Positions 1 to 8,937 of a DNA stretch of 64,000 nucleotides are shown one piece after another. How positions within the stretch are numbered: the stretch's first letter is position 1; every line of letters starts with the position of its first letter. The notes under the pieces were generated by a model, which worked only from the letters and a program-made list of their open reading frames with translations, did no database searches and was not told the DNA's origin. The position numbers and the translations under genes were made by a program. The DNA is taken from positions 32,001 to 96,000 of the IMG/VR virus record IMGVR_UViG_3300015607_004593; one strand, 5' to 3'. The DNA is from a virus (taxonomy: Duplodnaviria > Caudoviricetes).

Positions 1-714
1 ATTTTCAAATCCTCTTCCACAAATTTCACTAAAAAAATCAGCAAGAATTTTATTACCTTTTCTAACATTATTAAAGTTTTGTTTATTAATATCACCGTTA
101 ATATAAAAATCACATCCAAATTTATTTTCAAGAATTTGTTTGATAGTTAATAAATTTTTTTGATCTTTATTTGAAAAGGTTATAGTAATTCCTTTTAATT
201 TCTCACCATCTTTATGATTTGAATATACACACCCATCTCCAATGAACACACCAAGAACATAAGCAAAGTTTTCATCGAGATTTATAAACCTATTGATAGA
301 ATGACTATTTTTTTGTGAATTTGATCCCCATCTACCAATAAATTTTGTTTTTAATGAAATTTTAGATTGATCAAGAATAATTTCTTGATCATGTCTTTGT
401 TTTACAAAATTTAAAAGATCAAATGTATAATCATTAGTTTCATGTTGAAAATTTAATAACATTAACTTTTGATTATTTTTAGATTCAACCCAAATACCAT
501 TTCCATTATAAAATGGATGTTCAGGTGTCACTTCAATTGAATTTGTTAATAATGAAGAAGTATAAACATCTATATTTCCTTGATAATAACGGGACATAAC
601 ATTTACAACAGCTTTCCATAATCCTTTATGTGAAAGAACAAAATCTCCAATTTTTACTTCTGAGATTTTTTTATATCCTTTATTTGTCAAAACAAAATTA
701 TTTTCTGTGAAACA
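1..714 (-). mobile_element. Intein with LAGLIDADG homing endonuclease, inserted at the first conserved Cys of NrdJ (partial)
   Basis: Starts CFTENNFVLTNKGYKKISEVKIGDFVLSHKG (block A); IEVTPEHPFY (block B); YVLGVFIGDG (LAGLIDADG block C). Confidence 0.9.
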
Positions 715-1020
715 ATTCCCTAATGAAGTCAAATGTTCATTGTTCCCGATTCCAGCCATGGGTGAACCTTGAGGAACAATGTATCTAAAATCCTTAAAGG
801 TAGAATAAATTTCTTCTTCAGTTAAAGGATTATCGTATTTTTGTTCAATTCTAGCAAATTCCTTTGCCATTCTTTTGTGCATATCATCAGGAGATTTTTC
901 TAATAAATTTCCTTCTTTATCTTTAAGAAGGTATTTGTTGACACAAACATCAGCAGCTAAAACATCATCATTAAAATAAGATTTTGTTGCTTTTAAAACT
1001 TCATCTCTTGAGTAAATCAT
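1..1020 (-). CDS. nrdJ: Adenosylcobalamin-dependent (class II) ribonucleotide reductase, N-terminal part, intein-containing; runs off the left edge
   Basis: Not in the ORF track. Hand translation from ATG at 1020 gives MIYSRDEVLKATKSYFNDDVLAADVCVNKYLLKDKEGNLLEKSPDDMHKRMAKEFARIEQKY...YIVPQGSPMAGIGN...SLGNC, the NrdJ N-terminus of the Bacteroidetes-like type; frame stays open to position 1. Confidence 0.88.
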   Translation of the reverse strand, partial: MIYSRDEVLKATKSYFNDDVLAADVCVNKYLLKDKEGNLLEKSPDDMHKRMAKEFARIEQKYDNPLTEEEIYSTFKDFRYIVPQGSPMAGIGNNEHLTSLGNCFTENNFVLTNKGYKKISEVKIGDFVLSHKGLWKAVVNVMSRYYQGNIDVYTSSLLTNSIEVTPEHPFYNGNGIWVESKNNQKLMLLNFQHETNDYTFDLLNFVKQRHDQEIILDQSKISLKTKFIGRWGSNSQKNSHSINRFINLDENFAYVLGVFIGDGCVYSNHKDGEKLKGITITFSNKDQKNLLTIKQILENKFGCDFYINGDINKQNFNNVRKGNKILADFFSEICGRGFEN

Positions 1021-1064
1021 ATTTTTTTATTATTCCTAAAAAAGTAAATTTAAAGATAAATCTT

Positions 1065-1478
1065 CTAATAAAGTTGAATTATTTTGATTCCATTTCCTCT
1101 TAAGAAATCTAATCCTGATAAATCTCTATAAGAGTGTTTAAAATAAACTTCACTGATTCCTGAACCTAATATCATCCTTGAACAAGATGGACACGGGGAA
1201 TGGGTAATAAAAATACTAGAATCTTTTAATGAAATTCCTGTTTTTGCTGAAAAGAGAATAAGATTTTCTTCAGCATGAATAACAAAAGGAAGTGTTTTTC
1301 CTTCTGAATCTTCACAAACATTGTTCATTCCGGGTGGAGTTCCGTTGAACCCACAAAGAATAATTCTTTTTTCTTTTACAGCAACGCACCCTACTTTTAA
1401 TCGTTGTGCGTAAGATAAATTAGCCGTTTCAAAGGAAACGGCCATGAAATATTCTAACCATTTTTTTGATAAAGTCAT
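1065..1478 (-). CDS. cd: dCMP deaminase
   Basis: GFNGTPPG, HAEEN and SPCPSC zinc-binding motifs. Confidence 0.93.
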   Translation of the reverse strand: MTLSKKWLEYFMAVSFETANLSYAQRLKVGCVAVKEKRIILCGFNGTPPGMNNVCEDSEGKTLPFVIHAEENLILFSAKTGISLKDSSIFITHSPCPSCSRMILGSGISEVYFKHSYRDLSGLDFLRGNGIKIIQLY

Positions 1479-1505
1479 TTTTTTCTTAACATAAGTATTA
1501 TTTTT

Positions 1506-1730
1506 TTAATTTTCTTTTAAAACTTCTATGGTGCCATCTTCATAAAGGATGGTTGTTACTACAGGAACGATTGCTGAAATTTCAGCAAACTCTATGGAAG
1601 GTTCAAAGGAACAAATTGAAAATGAAAACGAATCTGAATTATTTATTTTTCTAATAGTAGATTCGGCATCTGTGAATACTCTAGCTTCAATAATAAATCT
1701 TTGATTCTTTGAACAAAAAGTATAAAACAT
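1506..1730 (-). CDS. hypothetical protein
   Basis: ORF with GAGGTG RBS, co-oriented with neighbours. Confidence 0.6.
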   Translation of the reverse strand: MFYTFCSKNQRFIIEARVFTDAESTIRKINNSDSFSFSICSFEPSIEFAEISAIVPVVTTILYEDGTIEVLKEN

Positions 1731-1760
1731 GATTTCACCTCTCTTTTTATTTTTTCTTTC

Positions 1761-2291
1761 TCAATTATCGGTAAATTTACCAAATATAATATTTTCTTTC
1801 GTGTTTAAAATAGTCTTAGATATTGTTTTATTTTCATCATTCTTATGGTTAAGAGAATATTCAGTTATTTCTTTAATAAAATTATCATAAGTTTCTTTTG
1901 TTTCTTTATTGCACTCTCCCATATAACTTATATCACTTCGTCTTAAGATAATATAATTATCTTCCATAAACTGATTAAATCTAACAAATTGTATGTTTAT
2001 ATCAGTATGACTTATAAATTCAAGTATACGAAGAGGTTCAAAGAACATAAGTTTAAAAGAATAATCTGCATAATTCTCTATCAAATCATCATCATCTACA
2101 ATGAATGTAGCAGAAATAAATTTTTCACCTGAATTTAATTGAACAAAATATATTCCAATAAATCCTTCTTTTTCATCAATTTCATCAATTTCATCGGTAA
2201 TATTTTCAATAATCTCATCATTCCTATCAACCACATCTTTTTCATGATTTTGTTTAATTAAAATCTCATTAAGATACTGTTCTATATTCAT
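1761..2291 (-). CDS. hypothetical acidic protein
   Basis: 176-aa ORF overlapping the upstream stop by 4 nt. Confidence 0.65.
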   Translation of the reverse strand: MNIEQYLNEILIKQNHEKDVVDRNDEIIENITDEIDEIDEKEGFIGIYFVQLNSGEKFISATFIVDDDDLIENYADYSFKLMFFEPLRILEFISHTDINIQFVRFNQFMEDNYIILRRSDISYMGECNKETKETYDNFIKEITEYSLNHKNDENKTISKTILNTKENIIFGKFTDN

Positions 2292-3019
2292 GTTCTAAAA
2301 TATTCTTTCCAAAGTGATGTTTTAAAAATATCTTCAGAGATTTCTGAAGTATGAAAATAATAAAAATCTGGTGTATAGAATATAATTTCATTTCCTGAAA
2401 GTAAAGCAGATTTTAAATCGTCTGACCTAAATGCAAGTTGGTCTAAAAGAGGAAAAATATCCTCATACTTTCCATCTTGAATATTTTTTATAATATCTTT
2501 ATTTCTTTTTAGGATTATTCTTAATTCCTTTCCTTCTTTCCTTGTAGGAAAGTTCCAATTCTCTTTCTCAGGTGAATTAGAAAGAACAATATTCTTTAAA
2601 AATAAATTTAGATTAGTAACAAGAGGAGACCAAAAGAATCTAAGGTTAAAGATAGGAAAAGCAAAGATACTTTCCTCAGTTAAAGATTTTGAAGTTGAAT
2701 AAGAAGGAAATGTTTTTACTTTAGTAAGTAAACGTCCTATCTTAGTTTTGTTAATGATAGTGTAATTATCTTTTTGAGAAAATCCAAAAAAATAATTTTG
2801 CCAAGAGAATGATTTTTCTCTTAAGGCTTCAGGAACAGAATAGAAACCATTACCCATCAAATAAATGAATTTTCTTGTTGCCTTCAATTCATGAAGCAAA
2901 AGAGGAGATACATATTTCCTAATTTGTTCAACGGCAAAATAAGTAAAGTCTTTTCTTTCATTCTCTTGGAAAGAAAGAAAAGACTGTTCAAATCCTTCAG
3001 GGATTATTTTTTTTATCAT
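2288..3019 (-). CDS. hypothetical protein
   Basis: 243-aa ORF with 4-nt overlaps on both sides. Confidence 0.7.
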   Translation of the reverse strand: MIKKIIPEGFEQSFLSFQENERKDFTYFAVEQIRKYVSPLLLHELKATRKFIYLMGNGFYSVPEALREKSFSWQNYFFGFSQKDNYTIINKTKIGRLLTKVKTFPSYSTSKSLTEESIFAFPIFNLRFFWSPLVTNLNLFLKNIVLSNSPEKENWNFPTRKEGKELRIILKRNKDIIKNIQDGKYEDIFPLLDQLAFRSDDLKSALLSGNEIIFYTPDFYYFHTSEISEDIFKTSLWKEYFRT

Positions 3020-3204
3020 ACATTTATTTTCTTTTTTCGGTCATAAGAACCTTTACCCTTTTTTGATTTAACAACAATCATCTGAAATCTAGGAGTCCTA
3101 AGACTCCTAGCAACAGGTGAACGCTTTGTTTTATACGAAGGCGAGTACCCCGTTTTCATTGTAATCATCGCAAATACCATCCTCTTCTTCATCATTCCAG
3201 TCAT
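3016..3204 (-). CDS. arfA: ArfA-like alternative ribosome-rescue factor (true start probably at 3168 or 3159)
   Basis: SPVARSLRTPRFQMIVVKSKKGKGSYDRKKK aligns by eye with E. coli ArfA [31 protein letters not shown], including the KGKGS motif. Confidence 0.75.
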   Translation of the reverse strand: MTGMMKKRMVFAMITMKTGYSPSYKTKRSPVARSLRTPRFQMIVVKSKKGKGSYDRKKKINV

Positions 3205-3700
3205 TTTTCTTTCTTGGATAAGAAAGATAGAGCTTTCCTATCATAGTATCTGAATCCGGTTTCAGTGTAAACCCGAATTGCTTGACAAGAGAGCATATTT
3301 TTCGATTGGAAACAAGACAAGACATTTCAACGAATTTTAATTCTAATTCTTTAGAAAGAGAAATAAGTTCAGACATAATCTTTTTTCCTAATCCTTTGTT
3401 TTGTTGATTATCATCTACAGATATTGCAATTTCTCCACCACCATTCATGTCCAAGGTCAATTGTCCTAATCCTATAACATTTTGGTTTCTATCTTGAAAT
3501 AGAATCCAATAATGATCAAATTTAAAGTTTGTCTTGAATGAAGAAACCCACTCAGAGAGCATTTCTTCAGACCTATAATTGAAGAATCTCTGTTGATTGG
3601 AATTTCTATTCAAACGAATGAAGTGATTAGCAACTGCATCACAATGACCTTTAAACGTTTCCTTCGTTAAAAGGATTTGTTTCATTATTAATTTTCCCAA
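3131..3700 (-). CDS. GNAT-family acetyltransferase
   Basis: EIAISVDDNQQNKGLGKKIM (acetyl-CoA motif A) and N..I..L..KFGF-like motif B. Confidence 0.85.
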   Translation of the reverse strand: MGKLIMKQILLTKETFKGHCDAVANHFIRLNRNSNQQRFFNYRSEEMLSEWVSSFKTNFKFDHYWILFQDRNQNVIGLGQLTLDMNGGGEIAISVDDNQQNKGLGKKIMSELISLSKELELKFVEMSCLVSNRKICSLVKQFGFTLKPDSDTMIGKLYLSYPRKKNDWNDEEEDGICDDYNENGVLAFV

Positions 3701-3727
3701 TAATTGATAATGGTTGTGAAGGTAGTA

Positions 3728-3892
3728 TTACAGGGGTTTTAGTTCTTTTTTCTCTTCTTTCGGTGCGGGTTTTAGAACCCACAACGCAATAGATAAAAGA
3801 ACTATATTTCCTATGGTTAAAGTTCCAGTCCTGAAGAACTTTACACCAAGAAAAATTATGATGAAAATTGCTATAAGTTCTAAGATTAACAT
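3728..3892 (-). CDS. small membrane protein (54 aa, two hydrophobic segments)
   Basis: Hand translation MLILELIAIFIIIFLGVKFFRTGTLTIGNIVLLSIALWVLKPAPKEEKKELKPL; directly behind a sigma70-type promoter. Confidence 0.6.
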   Translation of the reverse strand: MLILELIAIFIIIFLGVKFFRTGTLTIGNIVLLSIALWVLKPAPKEEKKELKPL

Positions 3893-3935
3893 TTTCTTCT
3901 CACTTTCAAAGTTACTTTACACTTTTGATACATGA

Positions 3936-3964
3936 ATTATAACACAGGCTTACGAAGATGTAAA
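3936..3964 (-). promoter_or_regulatory. sigma70-type early promoter
   Basis: TTTACA-17 bp-TATAAT on the minus strand. Confidence 0.7.
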
Positions 3965-3979
3965 ATTTGAGGATGGAAA

Positions 3980-5188
3980 TTACCTCAACAATGCTGCAAC
4001 CGCGTCTGGATTTTCAGCCCAATGTACTTTTACACACTCTTCTATAACTTTAATAAATTCTTTTTTTGCTTGAAGCTCATTTAAAACTAAATTTGATGCC
4101 CTTATTTTTTCTGAAAATTTCTCTAATTCAGGAACTGGTTTTCTTTTTGTAGTTATGAGATTTCTCATTCCTGAGAGAATCATAATGGTTTCAATTTTAG
4201 ATGTATTTTCTTTAAAATCAACATAAAGAAGATAATGAGGCGCGTCTATATTTGTAGAAGAAAGAGAGAAAATTAAACTTGTATGTCCTGATTTTTCAAT
4301 AGAAAGAGTAATATTAGGATTTAGATTTACACTTTTTCCATGACAAAGATTAACTTTCCAAGACTTTAACATCTCAGGAAGAATAACATTTACAGGAGAA
4401 ATAGATTTTATTGTTGATTGAGCTTCTAAGAAAAAAGTTCTCAATCCATAAGTAGATGAAGAATTGAAAAGAGTTTCTTTTGCACCTTTCAATAATCGTG
4501 CAGAAGCAGCAAAAATAAATTTTGATGTATAATCATTAATATAATTTTTATTAGAAATGGTATCTCTTCTTTCACCTTTCAAAATAGAATTTATCCCGGC
4601 AATAGCTTGATTTCCTTTCCCAATAAAATCAAAGAAACAAACAAGATTTAAATTTTTAGGAGATTCTTTTTCTAAAAGAAGAGAAGATGAAAAAGAATTA
4701 AATGCACCAGACCCGGATAAAGAAACAACTAAGAAAGAATCAACATTAAAATTATTCTGTAAAAATTGAATAATTGGCGGCATAGATTTATCTGTTCTCT
4801 TTCCTTCAAAGACTTTTCTTAGAACAAGGTAAAAGGGTTCTTCTTCTAATTTTATTTTTGCATTTGTATCAAGATGATAAAATGATGAAAGTTTTTTCTT
4901 AATATCTTCAGAAAAGAAAACTCTAGCAACTAATGACTCTCCATTATCTTTTACTTGTAATTTTTCAAATCTAAGGTCTGTTGAATTAAACTTCGTAGGA
5001 AGATTAGGATAATTTTCTCTCAGAGTTTTAATTTCTTCATAATGAAATCTCATATATTTTTTTGCAGACATATACTTATCTGCAAAATCCTGAGACATTA
5101 AAGAATGAGCAACAATAGATAAACCAGTACCTACAGTTACCCTTGCCAATTTCCCTAATGATGAAGCAATCGCATTTGAAACAGCCAT
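3980..5188 (-). CDS. hypothetical late protein, probably virion-associated
   Basis: 402-aa ORF preceded by a perfect TATAAATA late promoter and an RBS-occluding hairpin. Confidence 0.7.
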   Translation of the reverse strand: MAVSNAIASSLGKLARVTVGTGLSIVAHSLMSQDFADKYMSAKKYMRFHYEEIKTLRENYPNLPTKFNSTDLRFEKLQVKDNGESLVARVFFSEDIKKKLSSFYHLDTNAKIKLEEEPFYLVLRKVFEGKRTDKSMPPIIQFLQNNFNVDSFLVVSLSGSGAFNSFSSSLLLEKESPKNLNLVCFFDFIGKGNQAIAGINSILKGERRDTISNKNYINDYTSKFIFAASARLLKGAKETLFNSSSTYGLRTFFLEAQSTIKSISPVNVILPEMLKSWKVNLCHGKSVNLNPNITLSIEKSGHTSLIFSLSSTNIDAPHYLLYVDFKENTSKIETIMILSGMRNLITTKRKPVPELEKFSEKIRASNLVLNELQAKKEFIKVIEECVKVHWAENPDAVAALLR

Positions 5189-5193
5189 TAAAA

Positions 5194-5275
5194 ACCCCTT
5201 TCTTTCTTTTTAATTTTTTTTAGAAACTATAAAAATATTTATAGTTTTTTCAAAAATCAAAAGAAAGAAAGGGGT
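5194..5275 (-). promoter_or_regulatory. RBS-sequestering hairpin containing a T4-type late promoter (TATAAATA, 5243-5236)
   Basis: 17-bp perfect inverted repeat 5194-5210/5259-5275; the gene-proximal arm contains the AAGGGG RBS of the gene starting at 5188. Confidence 0.75.
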
Positions 5276-5296
5276 AATTAAAAAAAGAATTATTTT

Positions 5297-5740
5297 TTAA
5301 AGAACTTTAAACTCTTTAGAAAATTTGTAAATAAAATTATCGAACAAATTTTCCTGAAATTTTTCTCTATTTTCTTTTAAATAGAGTTCTGTATCATCAA
5401 TCATCTTTCTATATTCTTCAATCAAAGTAACATCCTCAATAAAATACCATTTTTCCAAATACTCCTTTATAAATTGATGAAAACAAACCAATTTTTTGAT
5501 ATACGGCGGTGTTTTAAATTGACTCATATTATCTAAGTAAATGAAAGTATTAATAAACATTTCTTCCTCTAATACTCTAATCCTTTTGTTTTTAGAAAAC
5601 CAAAAACGTGGTCGTATATCATCTAACTTATTATAAACTTTCATTTTAAAACATGAAATCCTGTGATTAATGTTATAAAGTTCCTTCTCGATTACCTTTC
5701 CAATTATTTCACATCTTTCATTCGTCATCTTTAATGTCAT
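5297..5740 (-). CDS. hypothetical protein
   Basis: 147-aa ORF. Confidence 0.65.
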   Translation of the reverse strand: MTLKMTNERCEIIGKVIEKELYNINHRISCFKMKVYNKLDDIRPRFWFSKNKRIRVLEEEMFINTFIYLDNMSQFKTPPYIKKLVCFHQFIKEYLEKWYFIEDVTLIEEYRKMIDDTELYLKENREKFQENLFDNFIYKFSKEFKVL

Positions 5741-5760
5741 GGTTGTATCTCTAACCTTTC

Positions 5761-6261
5761 TTAAATTGTTTCTTCGAGAGAAATGTCAAGGTAATTTCTT
5801 GACATGAATTTAATGAATAAAGCAAAACAATCATTAGATAAATCATTTATCCAATTTGTGCGGTATCTTTCTATAGTTTTTTTCGGATGAGTGAATATCT
5901 CATTTTCACTTTCCGAAAATTTAACAACAATATATTCTTTCCCTTTACTTAATCTTGCATCTAAAAATTGAGATAGTACATTACTCCAAGAGTGCAAATA
6001 AGAAGGAAATAAAAATTTTTCTTTATTACTATCCACGAATAAGCTGATAAATTCTTTTTGTTGTTTAAGATTTTCAGATATACACCATTCACTTATAAAG
6101 AAACTATTAATCTTAGAGTCAAAAATACTTTCAATTCTCCTTATAAAAATATCCCTTAAGTAAAAGGAATTAATTAAACTAATTTCATGACAATAAACAT
6201 CTGAAAGAATAGATGATTGTAATTCAGCAAAAGAAACAAACAAACGATATTCAATCTTCAT
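5761..6261 (-). CDS. hypothetical protein
   Basis: 166-aa ORF. Confidence 0.65.
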   Translation of the reverse strand: MKIEYRLFVSFAELQSSILSDVYCHEISLINSFYLRDIFIRRIESIFDSKINSFFISEWCISENLKQQKEFISLFVDSNKEKFLFPSYLHSWSNVLSQFLDARLSKGKEYIVVKFSESENEIFTHPKKTIERYRTNWINDLSNDCFALFIKFMSRNYLDISLEETI

Positions 6262-6347
6262 TTTTTCACACTCAAGGTTTACAAGAAAAACAACACGAAA
6301 AAGGTATGGGTTCTATCCCTATACCTTTTCTATTTTAAAAACTACAC

Positions 6348-6995
6348 TTATCCGACGCTTTTACGAAGTTCGGTTACTGTTTTCCCCGTGTTCTGCATTA
6401 ACTCATTCAACCATTCGGGGATTCTTCCCGCCTTGTAAATTTGGTCGGGGTTGTTGGGATTTACAATCGGACTCCATGCAGTTTCTCCAAAATTCCGTTG
6501 CGCCTTTTCACCACTTGAATGTTTCAAGGAAGTGGTATGATTAGCATGTTGACCGGAGAGTGAATGAAGTTCTTCATTCAACTTAGCCATCGCTTCCTTG
6601 ATGTCATTTATCCTTTTCATTTTTAATGTCTCTAATCTTTCATTTGCTAACTCTATGAAGTTTTCAATCTCCTCAAGCTCAAATGACATTAGCATTTGAA
6701 TCATCGGATTTTTTGTATCAACAATTGAATCAGTTGCCGGTTCAACTACTGATTCAACTACCGATTCAACAACCACTTCAGTTGCCGGTTCAACTACTGA
6801 TTCAACTACCGATTCAACAACCACTTCAGTTGCCGGTTCAACTACTGATTCAGTTGCCGAAATTGTATCAAAGATTAATTGATCAACTTCTGCTTCAGTT
6901 AGAGACACAAATCGGTCATCAAACTGCCGCTCAAACGGCACCATTTCTTTGGTCTTGGATTGAGTCTTGGTTTGAGTCTTGGTTTGGGCTTTCAT
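6348..6995 (-). CDS. H-NS-like nucleoid protein with acidic repetitive N-terminal extension
   Basis: Coiled-coil segment ELEEIENFIELANERLETLKMKRINDIKEAMAKL followed by NPNNPDQIYKAGRIPEWL, resembling the H-NS C-terminal P..P..TW.G.GR.P.WL motif; AGGAG RBS. Confidence 0.65.
   Translation of the reverse strand: MKAQTKTQTKTQSKTKEMVPFERQFDDRFVSLTEAEVDQLIFDTISATESVVEPATEVVVESVVESVVEPATEVVVESVVESVVEPATDSIVDTKNPMIQMLMSFELEEIENFIELANERLETLKMKRINDIKEAMAKLNEELHSLSGQHANHTTSLKHSSGEKAQRNFGETAWSPIVNPNNPDQIYKAGRIPEWLNELMQNTGKTVTELRKSVG
6730..6858. repeat. 48-bp tandem repeat (about 2.6 copies) encoding SVVEPATEVVVESVVE
   Basis: tcagttgccggttcaactactgattcaactaccgattcaacaaccact at 6730 and 6778, partial at 6826. 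Confidence 0.95.
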
Positions 6996-7041
6996 CGTAT
7001 TCTCCTACTTCTTAGGTTGATTGTTTTGCTACGGTGAAAAC

Positions 7042-7070
7042 ATTATAGATGATCCTTTTACAAAATACAA
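7042..7070 (-). promoter_or_regulatory. sigma70-type early promoter of the H-NS-like gene
   Basis: TTGTAT-17 bp-TATAAT. Confidence 0.7.
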
Positions 7071-7152
7071 CTATCATCAATGTTTTTTTATTGTTGTACT
7101 AAAACAACAAAAATCAATACACTATTGATTTTTAAAACAATTTAAGGAAATA

Positions 7153-7193
7153 AAAAATCTACCTTCAAAAAATAATTATGAAGGTAGATTTTT
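7153..7193 (-). terminator. intrinsic terminator after the helicase gene
   Basis: aaaaatctaccttca / tgaaggtagattttt inverted repeat with A/T tracts. Confidence 0.7.
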
Positions 7194-7213
7194 CAAAGGA
7201 AAAATTTTAAAAA

Positions 7214-8638
7214 TTAGAATTTAAAATCAGAAAAAGAGGATTTTCTACCTTTGAAGTGTGACGAATCAACTTCAGGTGGTTTTTCTTTGGAATCCTCTTC
7301 ATCATCCGAGGATTTCCCTAAGAATGAATAAAGTTCATCATCATCTACTGAATAAAGTCTCATTTTTGGTCTATCAACCCCTAATAAGAATCTTCTATGT
7401 CTAGTTAAATCATCATATCTATTCTTAAGTTGAGTAAAAAGAATCCTATTCATTTGGTCTAATTGTTCATTCCTAAAACCTGCTAAAACAATATCAGCCG
7501 TATGCGTAACACCTATTGATTCAGAAATCCCGTCTAAACCCATATCTTGCTTTTCCATATTTCCCCTATTAACTTGAGAAGATGAAAGAGCGGCTAAATC
7601 ATATTCCATTGCTAAACCCCTAATTTCTTCAGCAACAGACTTTAGGTTTGTATTTGTATTGATTCCTGAATAAGCTTTATATCGTGAAGAAGCACAAATA
7701 TTAAGATAATCTATAATCATTAAATCAATCTTTACATTTTTCTTTGTTCTTAATTCTTCTAAGATATGTCTAAAGTGTTCAGAAGTTGCCGACCCGGTAG
7801 GAAATTCTTTGATGAATAATTTACCTTTACAGAATTTCTTTGCTTTATTCATTTTAGAAAGATATTCTTCTCGTGAAAGAAGAGGTATATCATTATGATC
7901 TATATCTAATATATTTGAATCTATTCTTTGACGAATACGTTCTGCTGCCATTTCCATTGTGAAATAAACTACATTAAACCCTGCTTTCATTGCAGTAGTA
8001 GCAAAATGACATTTTGAAAGAGATTTTCCTGCATTTGTTGACATTAAAAGAATAGAAAGAGATTTTCTTGGTAATCCTATATCATTTGTTATTTTGTTTA
8101 AGATAGGAATATCAAAAGGTATTCCTGATTCTTTCTTAGAATAGAAATCATATTGCTCTTCATCATCTAAAGAATAATCTATACCAATCTTTGTATCGAA
8201 TGATATTGAAAGAGATTCTTTCAAAAGTTCAGGAATAGAGTTTCTTGTTAAATCTTTAGATTCCCCCTGATAAATTTCAATAGACTTTTGAATTGAATTA
8301 TAGATTGATTGATCTTGACAAAAAGATTCAGTCATATCTATAAGAAATTGAGTAGATTTTTCTTCCCTTAATGAAAATAACTCTTCATCAATAACTTTAG
8401 AAAGAATTTTAAAATGTTCATCAGAAAAATGTTGAATCTTTGGTTTTAAAGAAATAATAAGACCTTCTTTTGAAGGTATAGATGAATACTTTGAATGATA
8501 CTCTTTTAATGTAGAAAAAAGAATCTTTGTAACTTGTGTAGTAAAATATTCTTCCTTCAAATAAGGAAGAACTTTAATTCTAAATTCTGAATTTGTAATT
8601 AAAGAAGATAATATTAAATTTTCTTTTATTTCAGACAA
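7214..8638 (-). CDS. 41: DnaB-like replicative helicase (T4 gp41)
   Basis: MSTNAGKS Walker A, YFTMEMAAERIRQRIDSN, LFIKEFPTGSA, IIDYLNICASSR, QLKNRY. Confidence 0.96.
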   Translation of the reverse strand: MSEIKENLILSSLITNSEFRIKVLPYLKEEYFTTQVTKILFSTLKEYHSKYSSIPSKEGLIISLKPKIQHFSDEHFKILSKVIDEELFSLREEKSTQFLIDMTESFCQDQSIYNSIQKSIEIYQGESKDLTRNSIPELLKESLSISFDTKIGIDYSLDDEEQYDFYSKKESGIPFDIPILNKITNDIGLPRKSLSILLMSTNAGKSLSKCHFATTAMKAGFNVVYFTMEMAAERIRQRIDSNILDIDHNDIPLLSREEYLSKMNKAKKFCKGKLFIKEFPTGSATSEHFRHILEELRTKKNVKIDLMIIDYLNICASSRYKAYSGINTNTNLKSVAEEIRGLAMEYDLAALSSSQVNRGNMEKQDMGLDGISESIGVTHTADIVLAGFRNEQLDQMNRILFTQLKNRYDDLTRHRRFLLGVDRPKMRLYSVDDDELYSFLGKSSDDEEDSKEKPPEVDSSHFKGRKSSFSDFKF

Positions 8639-8937
8639 AATAAGCTACCTTTTTATTATAGTTTTATACTGATAGAGTAAAATCATAAATGGTCATAAAA
8701 TCCTAAAGAATTCTATAACTTTTAATTCCAAATCAACTAAGGATAACTCCAAGTTAATTTGTATTAAAAATCTCATTTTTTTCTTTTCACTTCTATGCTT
8801 TCTAAAACAGGAATAAGTTTCCTCTTAAAATCTCCTCTCAAAGAGGATTCATAAATTTCCTCATTGGTCATTTTCCGAAAACTAATCTTTCGTATAATTT
8901 GAAAATATTCAGTTTCTATTTCTTCTAAAATCATATT

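Noticed and set aside
6730-6858. 48-bp repeats as a CRISPR array
   Set aside because: Units are contiguous with no unique spacers, are in frame within a coding gene, and no cas genes are present
6683-7015. Plus-strand 110-aa repetitive ORF
   Set aside because: Antisense shadow of the H-NS-like gene repeat
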